Source of the DNA: Acidimicrobiia bacterium
Lineage (GTDB): Bacteria; Actinomycetota; Acidimicrobiia; Spongiisociales; Spongiisociaceae
Direction of reading: 5' to 3'
Length of the DNA: 64,000 bases
Assembly (NCBI GenBank): GCA_041576165.1
Contig: JBFGLM010000002.1
Coordinates: 1 to 64,000 of the forward strand
Shown here: piece after piece, positions 55,512 through 64,000 of the stretch
Layout: every line of letters begins with the position of its first letter
How positions within the stretch are numbered: position 1 is the stretch's first letter
The notes under the pieces: model-generated
The model's database searches: none
Told to the model about the DNA's origin: nothing
What the model saw: only the letters and a program-made list of their open reading frames with translations
Position numbers and translations under genes: made by a program

Positions 55512-58028
55512 ATGACTGTACAGATTCAGCCGCCCGTCGACATGGCCAACGGGCTGTCCCGGGCCGAGGTGGATGCCCGGGTCACCGCGGGCGCTGTCAA
55601 CACGCTGCCCGAGGGTCCGAGCCGGACCATCGAGGACATCGTTCGGGCCAACGTCTTCACGAGGTTCAACGTGCTCGTGACGGTGCTGTTGGTTGTGATC
55701 CTCATCGTGGCTCCGCCGCAGGACGCCTTGTTTGGGCTGGTCATGGTCGTGAACGCAGCCATCGGGATCGTGCAAGAGATCCGAGCCAAGAATCAGCTGG
55801 ATCAGCTCGCGTTGGTGTCTGCCCCCCAGGCCAAGGTGATCCGGGAAGGGCGCACGTGGCGCGTCGATGTCTCCGATGTCGTCCTGGATGACTTGATCGA
55901 GGCCGCGGCCGGTGACCAGATCGTGGTCGACGGCGTGGTCGTCGAGACCAACCGTCTGGAGCTCGACGAGTCCCTGCTCACCGGCGAATCCGATCCGGTG
56001 GCGAAGCGGGCAGGCGACGAAGTGTTGTCGGGGAGTTTTGTCGTCGCCGGCGCGGGGGTGTACCGGGCAGTGCGTGTTGGCTCCGAGGCGTATGCAGTGC
56101 AGCTCGGGCAGGAGGCGAAGCGCTTCACGCTGGTCAAGTCCGAGCTGCGGGATGGCATCGACTGGATCCTGGCTGCGATCAGCTGGGCGATCGTGCCGGC
56201 CGCGGCCATTCTGATCTGGAGCCAGTTGGAGGCTGCCGCATCGGTCAAAGGCGCTTTCGCCAACGCAGTGGCGGGCACTATCGGGATGGTTCCCCAGGGC
56301 CTCGTCCTGGTCACTTCCATCGCCTTCGCCGTGGGCGTAGTCCGGTTGGCCCAACGCCGGGTCCTCGTGCAGGAGTTGCCCGCCATCGAGGGTCTGGCCC
56401 GGGTAGACGTGGTTTGTTTCGACAAGACCGGCACGCTCACGGAAGGCAAGCTGGTTCACGCCCAGACCCTGCGGCTGAGTGACATCGATCCGGCACCCGT
56501 CATCGGCGCCCTGGCCGCGGCCGATCCTGCGCCGAATGCCACCACCAAGGCGCTGCAGGCCGCCTACGCCGCCCCGGATGATTGGACGCTCACCGAATTC
56601 GTCCCGTTTTCGAGTGCTCGCAAGTGGAGCGCCTACGAATTCGAAGGCCGGGGCGCCTGGGTTATCGGCGCGCCCGACGTGATCCCGTTCGGGCGTCGAG
56701 ATATCGAAGTGCGAATCGACGAACAGACCACCTCGGGTCGCCGGGTGTTGATGCTGGCGTCGCTCGACGAGCTGCCGAGCGGCGATCGCCTGACCAAAGC
56801 CTGCGAACCGATCGCACTCGTCATCCTTGGCGACACGGTGCGAGAGGATGCGCCCGCCACGCTGGAGTTTTTCCTCCAGCAGGGCGTCGCGGCCAAGGTC
56901 ATCTCCGGCGATGATCCAGAAACCGTGGGGGCCATCGCTCGCCGGGCCGGCGTTGTCGACGCACACGGTGTCGTCGACGCACGCGATCTGCCCGAAGACG
57001 GTCTTGCCTTGGTGGAGGCCGTCAAAGTGGGCACCGTGTTCGGTCGGGTTTCGCCGCGACAGAAAAGGTCGATGGTGCGAGCGCTCCAGGCCGAGGGGCA
57101 TACGGTGGCGATGACCGGCGACGGTGTGAACGATGTGCTCGCGCTGAAGGATGCCGACATCGGCATCGCCATGGGCTCCGGGTCGGCGGCCACCCGGGCA
57201 GTGGCGCAACTGGTATTGCTGGACAGCGACTTTGCCACGCTGCCCCACGTGGTGGCCGAGGGCCGGCGGGTGATCGCCAACATCGAACGGGTGGCCAACC
57301 TCTATCTCACGAAAACGGTCTACGCATTCGCCCTCGTGATCGCTATCGGCGTCGCTGGGTTCGCGTTCCCCTTCCTCCCGCGCCATCTGACGCTGGTCGG
57401 CTCACTCACGATCGGGATTCCCTCCCTCTTTCTGGCGCTGGAGCCGTCGCACAAACGGGCCCAGCCTGGATTCATTCCGCGGGTTCTGCGGTTCGCAGTC
57501 CCCACCGGGGTACTGGCCGCCGTCGCCACATTCGTGGCGTTTGGCTTGGCCGAGATAGAAGCGGAGCGCCTGCAGGAATCTCGCACCGTTGCCACGATCG
57601 TTTTGGCATCGGTGGGTCTCTTCGTCCTGGCGGTCGTGATGCGCCCGCTGCAACCGCGCAACCTGGCGCTGCTGTGGGGAATGGTGGTTCTGTTCGCGAT
57701 CGTGCTGCTCAATGGCTCAGCCAAGACATTCTTCAACCTCGACATGCCGAGAGCGGTGGTGGTCTTCGCCGGAATCGGCTTGGTGGGCCTCACGGGAGGC
57801 TTGATGTACCTGGCCCTGTGGGTGTCCGGCTGGTTGCGCGGAATGCCCGAAGTTGTTCGGGTCACCCAAGAGCGCGTGCGTGAGGGCGGGTTCAGCTTGG
57901 CCCGCCTCAGGGCACTACGCCGGCCCCCGGCCGTGCTCGAAATGCTGACGGGCGACATGGATGGGCCGGCCGGTGGAGCGGAAGCACCGGCCGACCCTCA
58001 GCTCACACTGCCGTTCGACGAGTCGTGA
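55512..58028 (+). CDS. P-type cation-transporting ATPase (CtpE-like)
   Basis: LTGES, M4 motif PQGL, DKTGTLT, FSSARKWS, SGD, GDGVND. Confidence 0.92.
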   Translation: MTVQIQPPVDMANGLSRAEVDARVTAGAVNTLPEGPSRTIEDIVRANVFTRFNVLVTVLLVVILIVAPPQDALFGLVMVVNAAIGIVQEIRAKNQLDQLALVSAPQAKVIREGRTWRVDVSDVVLDDLIEAAAGDQIVVDGVVVETNRLELDESLLTGESDPVAKRAGDEVLSGSFVVAGAGVYRAVRVGSEAYAVQLGQEAKRFTLVKSELRDGIDWILAAISWAIVPAAAILIWSQLEAAASVKGAFANAVAGTIGMVPQGLVLVTSIAFAVGVVRLAQRRVLVQELPAIEGLARVDVVCFDKTGTLTEGKLVHAQTLRLSDIDPAPVIGALAAADPAPNATTKALQAAYAAPDDWTLTEFVPFSSARKWSAYEFEGRGAWVIGAPDVIPFGRRDIEVRIDEQTTSGRRVLMLASLDELPSGDRLTKACEPIALVILGDTVREDAPATLEFFLQQGVAAKVISGDDPETVGAIARRAGVVDAHGVVDARDLPEDGLALVEAVKVGTVFGRVSPRQKRSMVRALQAEGHTVAMTGDGVNDVLALKDADIGIAMGSGSAATRAVAQLVLLDSDFATLPHVVAEGRRVIANIERVANLYLTKTVYAFALVIAIGVAGFAFPFLPRHLTLVGSLTIGIPSLFLALEPSHKRAQPGFIPRVLRFAVPTGVLAAVATFVAFGLAEIEAERLQESRTVATIVLASVGLFVLAVVMRPLQPRNLALLWGMVVLFAIVLLNGSAKTFFNLDMPRAVVVFAGIGLVGLTGGLMYLALWVSGWLRGMPEVVRVTQERVREGGFSLARLRALRRPPAVLEMLTGDMDGPAGGAEAPADPQLTLPFDES

Positions 58029-58224
58029 ACCCGGCTGCTCGACCTGGCAGTCGCCAACCGGTTCTCGGTACCTCTCAGCAGCGGGTGCTTGTGGTGCCGG
58101 CCGATTGTGCCACAGATCGCGCTCTCGGTGGGAAAAATGACACAACCGGTAGTCACCGCAACGGGCTGAGCCGCTGGGGGCGGGGGCGACGCGCGGCCGA
58201 GGGTTAACGGTCTATAGTCGCCGG

Positions 58225-59742
58225 ATGCACCACAACGTGATCCACGAGGTCGCGCATGGAGCACAGCCGGGGGGGCGCCGGCAAGAGGCTGTCAGGCTGG
58301 CATGCGCGCTGTTGATCGCCATTGCTGTCGTCCTCGGGCCTGCTTCCGCAGCCGGCGCGCAGAGCACCTACATCGGCATCTCTCCCAACACAGCTCCCGC
58401 CGGCGGGACGATCGTCGTCACCGGTGAAGGATTTGAGCCCGACAGCGCAGTCACTCTGAGGTGGTCGGACGGCAGCGCGCTCGGGATGGACACGACCAGC
58501 GGAATCGGAGAGTTCGGGCTCTCGCTGACGGTACCGGCTGGGGCTGCGGCCGGGCCGCACCAGGTCACTGCCACCGACACAGGAGGGACAAGCGCGTCCA
58601 GCACCATGACGGTGAACCGGGGTAGCGGCGGCGGCGAACCTGATCCGGTCCCTGAGCCTGAGCCTGATCCGGTGCCGGTGCCTGAGCCTGATCCGGTGCC
58701 GGTGCCTGAGCCTGATCCGGTGCCGGTGCCGGTGCCTGAGCCTGATCCGGTCCCTGAGCCTGATCCGGTGCCTGAGCCTGATCCGGTGCCGGTGCCTGAG
58801 CCTGATCCGGTCCCTGAGCCTGATCCGGTCCCTGAGCCTGAGCCTGATCCGGTGCCGGTGCCTGATCCGGTGCCGGTGCCTGAGCCTGATCCGGTCCCTG
58901 AGCCTGATCCGGTGCCTGAGCCTGATCCGGCGCCCCCACCAGAGACCGGCCCGGGCGGTGCGGCGCTGGCTCCGAGCACCTCTCCCGCCGAGTCGCAGGA
59001 GCCGCAACCGGCACCTTCGCCCGATGTGATCACTCCGGAGCCGAGCACAGACACGGCAGTCTCCGAAGAATCCGTCGAAGTCACATTCGCCCCCGCCGAC
59101 CCGTCGCCTACCCGGCCACCGGCCGCCGGATCCGATGCCCAGGCCGAGACCGGCTCAGTTGCGACGGTCAGCGAGGCGGCCCTGGACCGTGCCGTCGTCA
59201 GCGCTCGCAAGACCGTGCTGTACGACGTCGAGTTGCCTACCCGACCGCCGGGAGACACAGGCTCCGACACCGGCCCGGCATACGTCCGAGTCTCAGATCT
59301 GGTGGCCGGCCGGCTTGCCGACGACACATCTGCCGTGTTCGTTACGCTCACCTACGCCCCGGAGAGCCATGTGGACGGCCGGATCCGGCTGCGAGTAGAC
59401 GGAGAAGTCCTTGCGGGAGAGCTGTCGGTGGCGCCGGGTCAGACGCGCACATATCAGATCAACGGGGCTTCGCCCGAAGACATCGAACTGGCGGTCCTGA
59501 CCAGCGACGACACGCTGCTGGCTTCGACCGTGATCGGGCCGCTCAGAGGTGGAGCGCCTCGGTCCGAGATTGAGGACAGTGTCACGACAGTGGTGATCGG
59601 CGGCGCTTTGGCGGTATTGATCGTCGTGATCGTGCTGGGGTTGCGTGCCCTCTACCGGACGTCGGCGACCCGCGCCACACCTATCCCGTGGGCCGGTTCG
59701 GATGTCGAGGAAGAAACTGAGGAGCTCCAGGTCACTCACTGA
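58225..59742 (+). CDS. Secreted, membrane-anchored Pro-rich surface protein (Ig-like domain + PEPDPV repeats + C-terminal TM)
   Basis: Signal peptide (AGA-Q), Ig-like strand pattern [19 protein letters not shown], about 95-aa Pro-rich repeat, TM near C-terminus; TATAGT-N6-ATG. Confidence 0.8.
   Translation: MHHNVIHEVAHGAQPGGRRQEAVRLACALLIAIAVVLGPASAAGAQSTYIGISPNTAPAGGTIVVTGEGFEPDSAVTLRWSDGSALGMDTTSGIGEFGLSLTVPAGAAAGPHQVTATDTGGTSASSTMTVNRGSGGGEPDPVPEPEPDPVPVPEPDPVPVPEPDPVPVPVPEPDPVPEPDPVPEPDPVPVPEPDPVPEPDPVPEPEPDPVPVPDPVPVPEPDPVPEPDPVPEPDPAPPPETGPGGAALAPSTSPAESQEPQPAPSPDVITPEPSTDTAVSEESVEVTFAPADPSPTRPPAAGSDAQAETGSVATVSEAALDRAVVSARKTVLYDVELPTRPPGDTGSDTGPAYVRVSDLVAGRLADDTSAVFVTLTYAPESHVDGRIRLRVDGEVLAGELSVAPGQTRTYQINGASPEDIELAVLTSDDTLLASTVIGPLRGGAPRSEIEDSVTTVVIGGALAVLIVVIVLGLRALYRTSATRATPIPWAGSDVEEETEELQVTH
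58639..58930 (+). repeat. Coding tandem repeat built from 6-bp modules (CCTGAG/CCTGAT/CCGGTS)
   Basis: Near-identical CCTGAGCCTGATCCGGT(G/C) units with variable extra CCGGTG or CCTGAG modules; no unique spacers. Confidence 0.93.
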
Positions 59743-60796
59743 TCATCCCGGCGAGCCGGTCGCCGAGCTCGTCGGTCGAAGCACCCATGTCCGGTCCCGC
59801 CATCGCGCCCAGCGTCGGCAATATGTCGGCCACCGCTGCCTCGACCGCCGCAGCCGCCTCCGACTCACCGAGATGATCCAGGCAAACCGCCAGCGACAGC
59901 ACCGAGGCCGCAGGGTTAGCCCAGCCCTTGCCGGCGATGTCGGGGGCTGATCCGTGAACAGGCTCGAACATCGAAGGATGGGCTCCATCTGGATTGAGAT
60001 TGCCCGAAGCAGCGAGTCCCATCCCGCCCTGCACGGCTGCCCCGAGATCAGTGATGATGTCGCCAAACAGGTTGTCGGTCACGACGACATCGAACCGTTC
60101 AGGGACTGTAACCAGGTAAAGGCACATCGCATCAACGTGCACGTAATCCAGCTCCACCGATGGGTATTCGGCGTGGACCTCCTGTGCGGTACGCCACCAC
60201 AGATCGGCCGCGAAGTTGAGGACGTTGGTTTTGTGACACACCGTGAGATGCCGGCGCCGCTCCACCGCTCGGTCGAAGGCGTAGCGAATCGCCCGCTCTA
60301 CCCCCAGCCGGGTATTGAGCGATTCCTGTGTCGCCACCTCGTGGGCGGTGCCCCGTCGGAGAAAACCGCCGGCTCCGGCGTAGAGGCCCTCGGTGTTCTC
60401 GCGGATGATGATCATGTCGCAACGCTCAGGAGTGAGGCCGGCCACCGGGGTGGGCACCCCTGGATATAGCTTCACCGGACGATGGTTGATGTATAAATCG
60501 AAGTCGAACCGCAGCTTCAGGAGCAGGCCGCGTTCCAACACGCCCGGCGGGACATCAGGCGTCCCGATCGCGCCGAGCAAGATCGCGTCGTGCTGGTCCA
60601 GCTCCGCCTGCACCGCATCGGGCAGGACGTCACCTGTCGCGAGATAGCGGCGACCACCCAGGTCGTACGGCGTTGTGTCGTAGGTGAAAGCAAAGCGGCC
60701 GGCGGCCGCCTTCAGAGCTTTCAGGGCTTGGGCCGTGACCTCCGGACCGACGCCATCCCCATCGATGACGGCGAACGTGTAGTGCTTCCCGCTCAC
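59732..60796 (-). CDS. leuB: 3-isopropylmalate dehydrogenase
   Basis: [54 protein letters not shown]. Follows leuA. Confidence 0.95.
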   Translation of the reverse strand: MSGKHYTFAVIDGDGVGPEVTAQALKALKAAAGRFAFTYDTTPYDLGGRRYLATGDVLPDAVQAELDQHDAILLGAIGTPDVPPGVLERGLLLKLRFDFDLYINHRPVKLYPGVPTPVAGLTPERCDMIIIRENTEGLYAGAGGFLRRGTAHEVATQESLNTRLGVERAIRYAFDRAVERRRHLTVCHKTNVLNFAADLWWRTAQEVHAEYPSVELDYVHVDAMCLYLVTVPERFDVVVTDNLFGDIITDLGAAVQGGMGLAASGNLNPDGAHPSMFEPVHGSAPDIAGKGWANPAASVLSLAVCLDHLGESEAAAAVEAAVADILPTLGAMAGPDMGASTDELGDRLAGMISE

Positions 60797-62307
60797 CGGC
60801 GGTCACCCATCGCCCGGTTGAGTGCTTCAACGAACGCGTGACCAGAACCCTCCACGACGTCGGTGGAAACCGCCCGACCGTTGTAGCTGGTACCTCCCAC
60901 CTGTACCACGACGTTGATTTCGGCCATCGCGTCCGCCCCTGAGGTCACGGGGACCACCCGGTAGTCGATGAGCCTGGCATCCAGGCCAAACGCCTGCTTG
61001 AGGGCGTCGAATGTGGCATGGACCATCCCATCACCTTCGCCGGTGTACGTCTCGGTGGCCTCGCCTCGCTGGACGGTGACTGTGGCGCGCGGCATGCTGG
61101 AAGTTCCGCCAGCCACATCCATGGCGACGAGGTGCAGCGACTCCTCCACCGCCCTGAGCTGTTCGTTGACGATCGCCGTCAGCTCCCGCTCGTTGATCTC
61201 GACCTTGCGGTCGGCCAGCTGCTTGAACCGCTGGAAAGCCGCCTCAAAGTCGGCGTCTTCCAACTCGACGTCGAGCTGCTTGAGCGCGTCGGCGAAACCT
61301 GCCCGACCGGAGTGTTTTCCGAGGACGATCATGCTTTCGTGACCGATCGCAGCCGGGTCCATGATCTCGTAGGTCTCGCGGTCGCGCAGGACGCCGTGCT
61401 GATGGATCCCCGACTCGTGGGCGAATGCGTTACGCCCGACCACAGCCTTGTTGAATTGGATCGGGTAGCCGGTGAGCCGGGAGACGAGGCGGGAAGTGTT
61501 CACGATCTCGGCGGTGTTGGCACCTATCTCGACGCCGAAGCGATCCTGACGGGTCGTGACCGCCATGATGATCTCTTCGGTCGAGGTATTGCCGGCCCGT
61601 TCGCCGATGCCGTTGATCGCCCCCTCGATCTGGCGGGCCCCGGCGTGGATCGCAGACAGAGAATTCGCCACGGCCAAACCCAGGTCGTTGTGGCAGTGGG
61701 TGGAGATGATGATTTCGTCGTTGCCTTGCTTCACCTCGTCGTATACCCGGGTGAGCAGCTCCACGTAGTCCTGGGGCGTGGCGTAGCCGACCGTGTCGGG
61801 GATATTGATTGTGGTGGCGCCGTTCTGTACCGCCAGCTTGCAGGCTTCGAGCATGAACTCCACATCGGAACGGGTGGCGTCCTGTGGCGAGAATTCGACA
61901 TCCTCGCAGTAGCCCCGGGCCCGCTTCACAGCCTCGCGAACCGACTCCAGGACCTCTTCTGGGGTCATGCGCAGCATCCGCTCCATGTGGATGGGGCTGG
62001 TGCTCTGGAAGACGTGGATGCGGTGGCGGTCGGCATGCTTGACGGCGTCGTAGGCTTGATCGATGTCTTCGTCCACGCAGCGGGCGAGTGACGCGATCAC
62101 CGGCCCTTTCACGTTCTTGGCAATCTGCTCGACGCCGAAGAAGTCTCCTGGGGAGGCCGCAGCGAATCCGGCCTCCAGGACGTCGACTTGCAACTTGGCC
62201 AGCTGCTGGGCGATGACCAGCTTCTCGTCGGGCGTGAGCGCGATTCCGGGCGCTTGCTCGCCGTCGCGCAGGGTTGTGTCAAAGATGATGAGGCGGTCGG
62301 ATGGCAT
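60793..62307 (-). CDS. leuA: 2-isopropylmalate synthase
   Basis: [45 protein letters not shown]. Confidence 0.96.
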   Translation of the reverse strand: MPSDRLIIFDTTLRDGEQAPGIALTPDEKLVIAQQLAKLQVDVLEAGFAAASPGDFFGVEQIAKNVKGPVIASLARCVDEDIDQAYDAVKHADRHRIHVFQSTSPIHMERMLRMTPEEVLESVREAVKRARGYCEDVEFSPQDATRSDVEFMLEACKLAVQNGATTINIPDTVGYATPQDYVELLTRVYDEVKQGNDEIIISTHCHNDLGLAVANSLSAIHAGARQIEGAINGIGERAGNTSTEEIIMAVTTRQDRFGVEIGANTAEIVNTSRLVSRLTGYPIQFNKAVVGRNAFAHESGIHQHGVLRDRETYEIMDPAAIGHESMIVLGKHSGRAGFADALKQLDVELEDADFEAAFQRFKQLADRKVEINERELTAIVNEQLRAVEESLHLVAMDVAGGTSSMPRATVTVQRGEATETYTGEGDGMVHATFDALKQAFGLDARLIDYRVVPVTSGADAMAEINVVVQVGGTSYNGRAVSTDVVEGSGHAFVEALNRAMGDRR

Positions 62308-62473
62308 GGCTGATCTCCTGGGGCTGGCGCGCCGCGGGCGGCACGCAGAGAGAATGGAAAGTCGCTTGCGACGGCTGTCGTCGTCACCGCGGGAGCGGCC
62401 GGGTCAGCCTACCGGCTGCCCGGCCCGGGAAGCTCGAGCCACCGTCCGCCGGCCCCCGGAGCAGCTGGCTGTC

Positions 62474-63478
62474 TCAACTCGGGACCTTTGGTTCGAGGAA
62501 CGGCATGAGGTCGCGCAACTCGCGTCCCACCCTTTCGATCGGGTGACTTTGTTCGCCGGCTCGGATCTCGAGCAGGCGCTTGGCGCCGGAACGAGCCTCG
62601 GCCATCCACTCGCGAGCGAAGGCGCCTGATTTGATGTTCTCCAGCGCCGTTTGCATCGCGGCACGGGTCTCGTCGGTCACGATCTTGGGCCCCGTGGTGT
62701 AATCACCCCACTCAGCCGTGTCGGAGACCGAGTAGCGCATCCACGAAAGGCCGCCTTCATAGAGCAGATCGACGATCAGCTTCAGCTCGTGCAGCGTTTC
62801 GAAGTAGGCGGATTCGGGCTGGTAGCCGGCATCGACCAGTGTCTCGTATGCAGCCTTGATCAGTTCGGAAACCCCGCCACACAAGATCACCTGCTCTCCG
62901 AACAAATCTGTCTCGGTCTCTTCTTTGAAGGTGGTTTCCAGCACCCCGGCCCGGGTTCCGCCGATGGCCCATGCATACGACAAGCCCAGCCGGTGGGCGC
63001 CACCGGTGGCATCCTGATGCACCGCCAACAGGCTTGGTACCCCCGAACCTTCGGTGTACGTGCGACGGACCAGATGGCCGGGCCCCTTGGGAGCGACCAT
63101 GGCGACGTCGAGGCCGGGGGCCGGGTCGATCTCGCCGAAATGGATGTTGAAGCCGTGGGCGAAGAAAAGCGCCTGCCCGTCCTCCATCACGGGCTCGATC
63201 TCATCTTTGTAGAGATCGGCTTGAAATTGATCGGGGACCAGCAGCATCACCAGGTCCGCGGCGGCCGCCGCCTTCTCTGGCGATTCGACCCGCAGGCCCT
63301 CGCCTTCCGCCTGCTCCCATCTCGCCGAGCCGGGCCGCAGACCGACCACGACGTCAACGCCCGATTCCCGGAGGTTGAGCGCGTGTGCGTGACCCTGGCT
63401 GCCGTAGCCGATCACGGCCACCCGCCGGTTCTGGATGATCGACGGGTCTGCGTCGCCGTCGTAGTAGATGTTCGCCAT
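62474..63478 (-). CDS. ilvC: Ketol-acid reductoisomerase
   Basis: [37 protein letters not shown]. Confidence 0.97.
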   Translation of the reverse strand: MANIYYDGDADPSIIQNRRVAVIGYGSQGHAHALNLRESGVDVVVGLRPGSARWEQAEGEGLRVESPEKAAAAADLVMLLVPDQFQADLYKDEIEPVMEDGQALFFAHGFNIHFGEIDPAPGLDVAMVAPKGPGHLVRRTYTEGSGVPSLLAVHQDATGGAHRLGLSYAWAIGGTRAGVLETTFKEETETDLFGEQVILCGGVSELIKAAYETLVDAGYQPESAYFETLHELKLIVDLLYEGGLSWMRYSVSDTAEWGDYTTGPKIVTDETRAAMQTALENIKSGAFAREWMAEARSGAKRLLEIRAGEQSHPIERVGRELRDLMPFLEPKVPS

Positions 63479-63552
63479 GGGGGTGTGCGTCTCCTCGCTA
63501 GGGGTGTAGTCCGCCTCGCGCCCTCGTGCTCCGCCGCACTCGTCCAGACATA

Positions 63553-64000
63553 TCAGCCGGTGGCTCGAAGCTTGCGGGCCTTGGGCTCCCGCGTGACCGC
63601 AATTCGTCCAGATTTCACCAGATCCACGATGCCGTAGGGCCGGATCAGCTCCAGGAAGTCATTGATCTTGGCAGGTGTTCCGGTCACCTGGAAAGTCATT
63701 GCGTTGGCGCCGACGTCAACCGCAATCGCTTTGAATATCGTGGCCATCTCGAGTATCTCGCCGCGTTTGCCGGCCGCGACGCTCACGCGGACCAGTGCAA
63801 TCTCACGCTCTATGGCGAAGGCGGGGTCGAGCTCGGTGATCTTGATGACATTGACCAGCTTGTGGAGCTGCTTCTTGACCTGCTCCAGCTCATCCGCCTC
63901 CACGACGACGGTCATGCGGGACATGCCGGCATCGGCGGTCGGGCCGACCGCCAGAGAGTGAATGTTGAACCCGCGGCGGGCGAGCAGCAACGCCACCCGG
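63553..64000 (-). CDS. ilvN: Acetolactate synthase small subunit (5' end outside window)
   Basis: [39 protein letters not shown]; upstream of ilvC. Confidence 0.93.
   Translation of the reverse strand, partial: RVALLLARRGFNIHSLAVGPTADAGMSRMTVVVEADELEQVKKQLHKLVNVIKITELDPAFAIEREIALVRVSVAAGKRGEILEMATIFKAIAVDVGANAMTFQVTGTPAKINDFLELIRPYGIVDLVKSGRIAVTREPKARKLRATG

Noticed and set aside
55482-57386. Long antisense ORFs (this one and e.g. 30396..31634, 24791..26134, 19911..21035)
   Set aside because: Typical GC-rich shadow frames opposite well-supported genes, with no protein motifs.
58204-59351. CRISPR array, or real antisense proteins (RHRIRL, GSGT, APDQAQ repeats)
   Set aside because: No unique spacers and no cas genes. 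These are alternative frames of a coding tandem repeat whose + frame has a signal peptide and TM.
62308-62473. LEU element or leader-peptide attenuator upstream of leuA
   Set aside because: No short ORF with a Leu-codon run and no recognisable structure was found by eye.

Overview
A 64-kb, GC-rich window of core chromosome from an actinobacterium. An Acidimicrobiia-like organism is inferred from the gene content: SLH protein, DUF3090/SCO1664 cluster, Rv0958/0959-, Rv2191- and Rv0435c-like genes, leaderless promoters and a Gram-positive LexA box. The left end holds a decayed integrative/mobilisable element (relaxase-helicase and tyrosine integrase pseudogenes) next to tRNA-Val(TAC). Housekeeping content includes rnpB, trpD, glgC, a his operon led by a TrpR-like regulator with divergent hisA, pntA1/A2/B, tricorn protease, a CtpE-like P-type ATPase, and ilvN-ilvC-leuA-leuB. 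The most interesting part is a ~17-kb extracytoplasmic thiol-redox neighbourhood (13.7-30.4 kb). It contains (i) a lipoprotein thioredoxin that the ORF track splits at an in-frame TGA, which reads as a UxxC selenoprotein with a SECIS-like hairpin; (ii) a ccdA-crp-tlpA / DUF3179 module with repeated TGTCG-N6-CGACA operators fitting the CooA-type (RQ) recognition helix of its own Crp regulator; and (iii) a complete System I ccmABCDEFHIG operon, including an uncalled ccmD. No CRISPR array or rRNA was seen. All product calls come from motif recognition by eye; no database searches were run.
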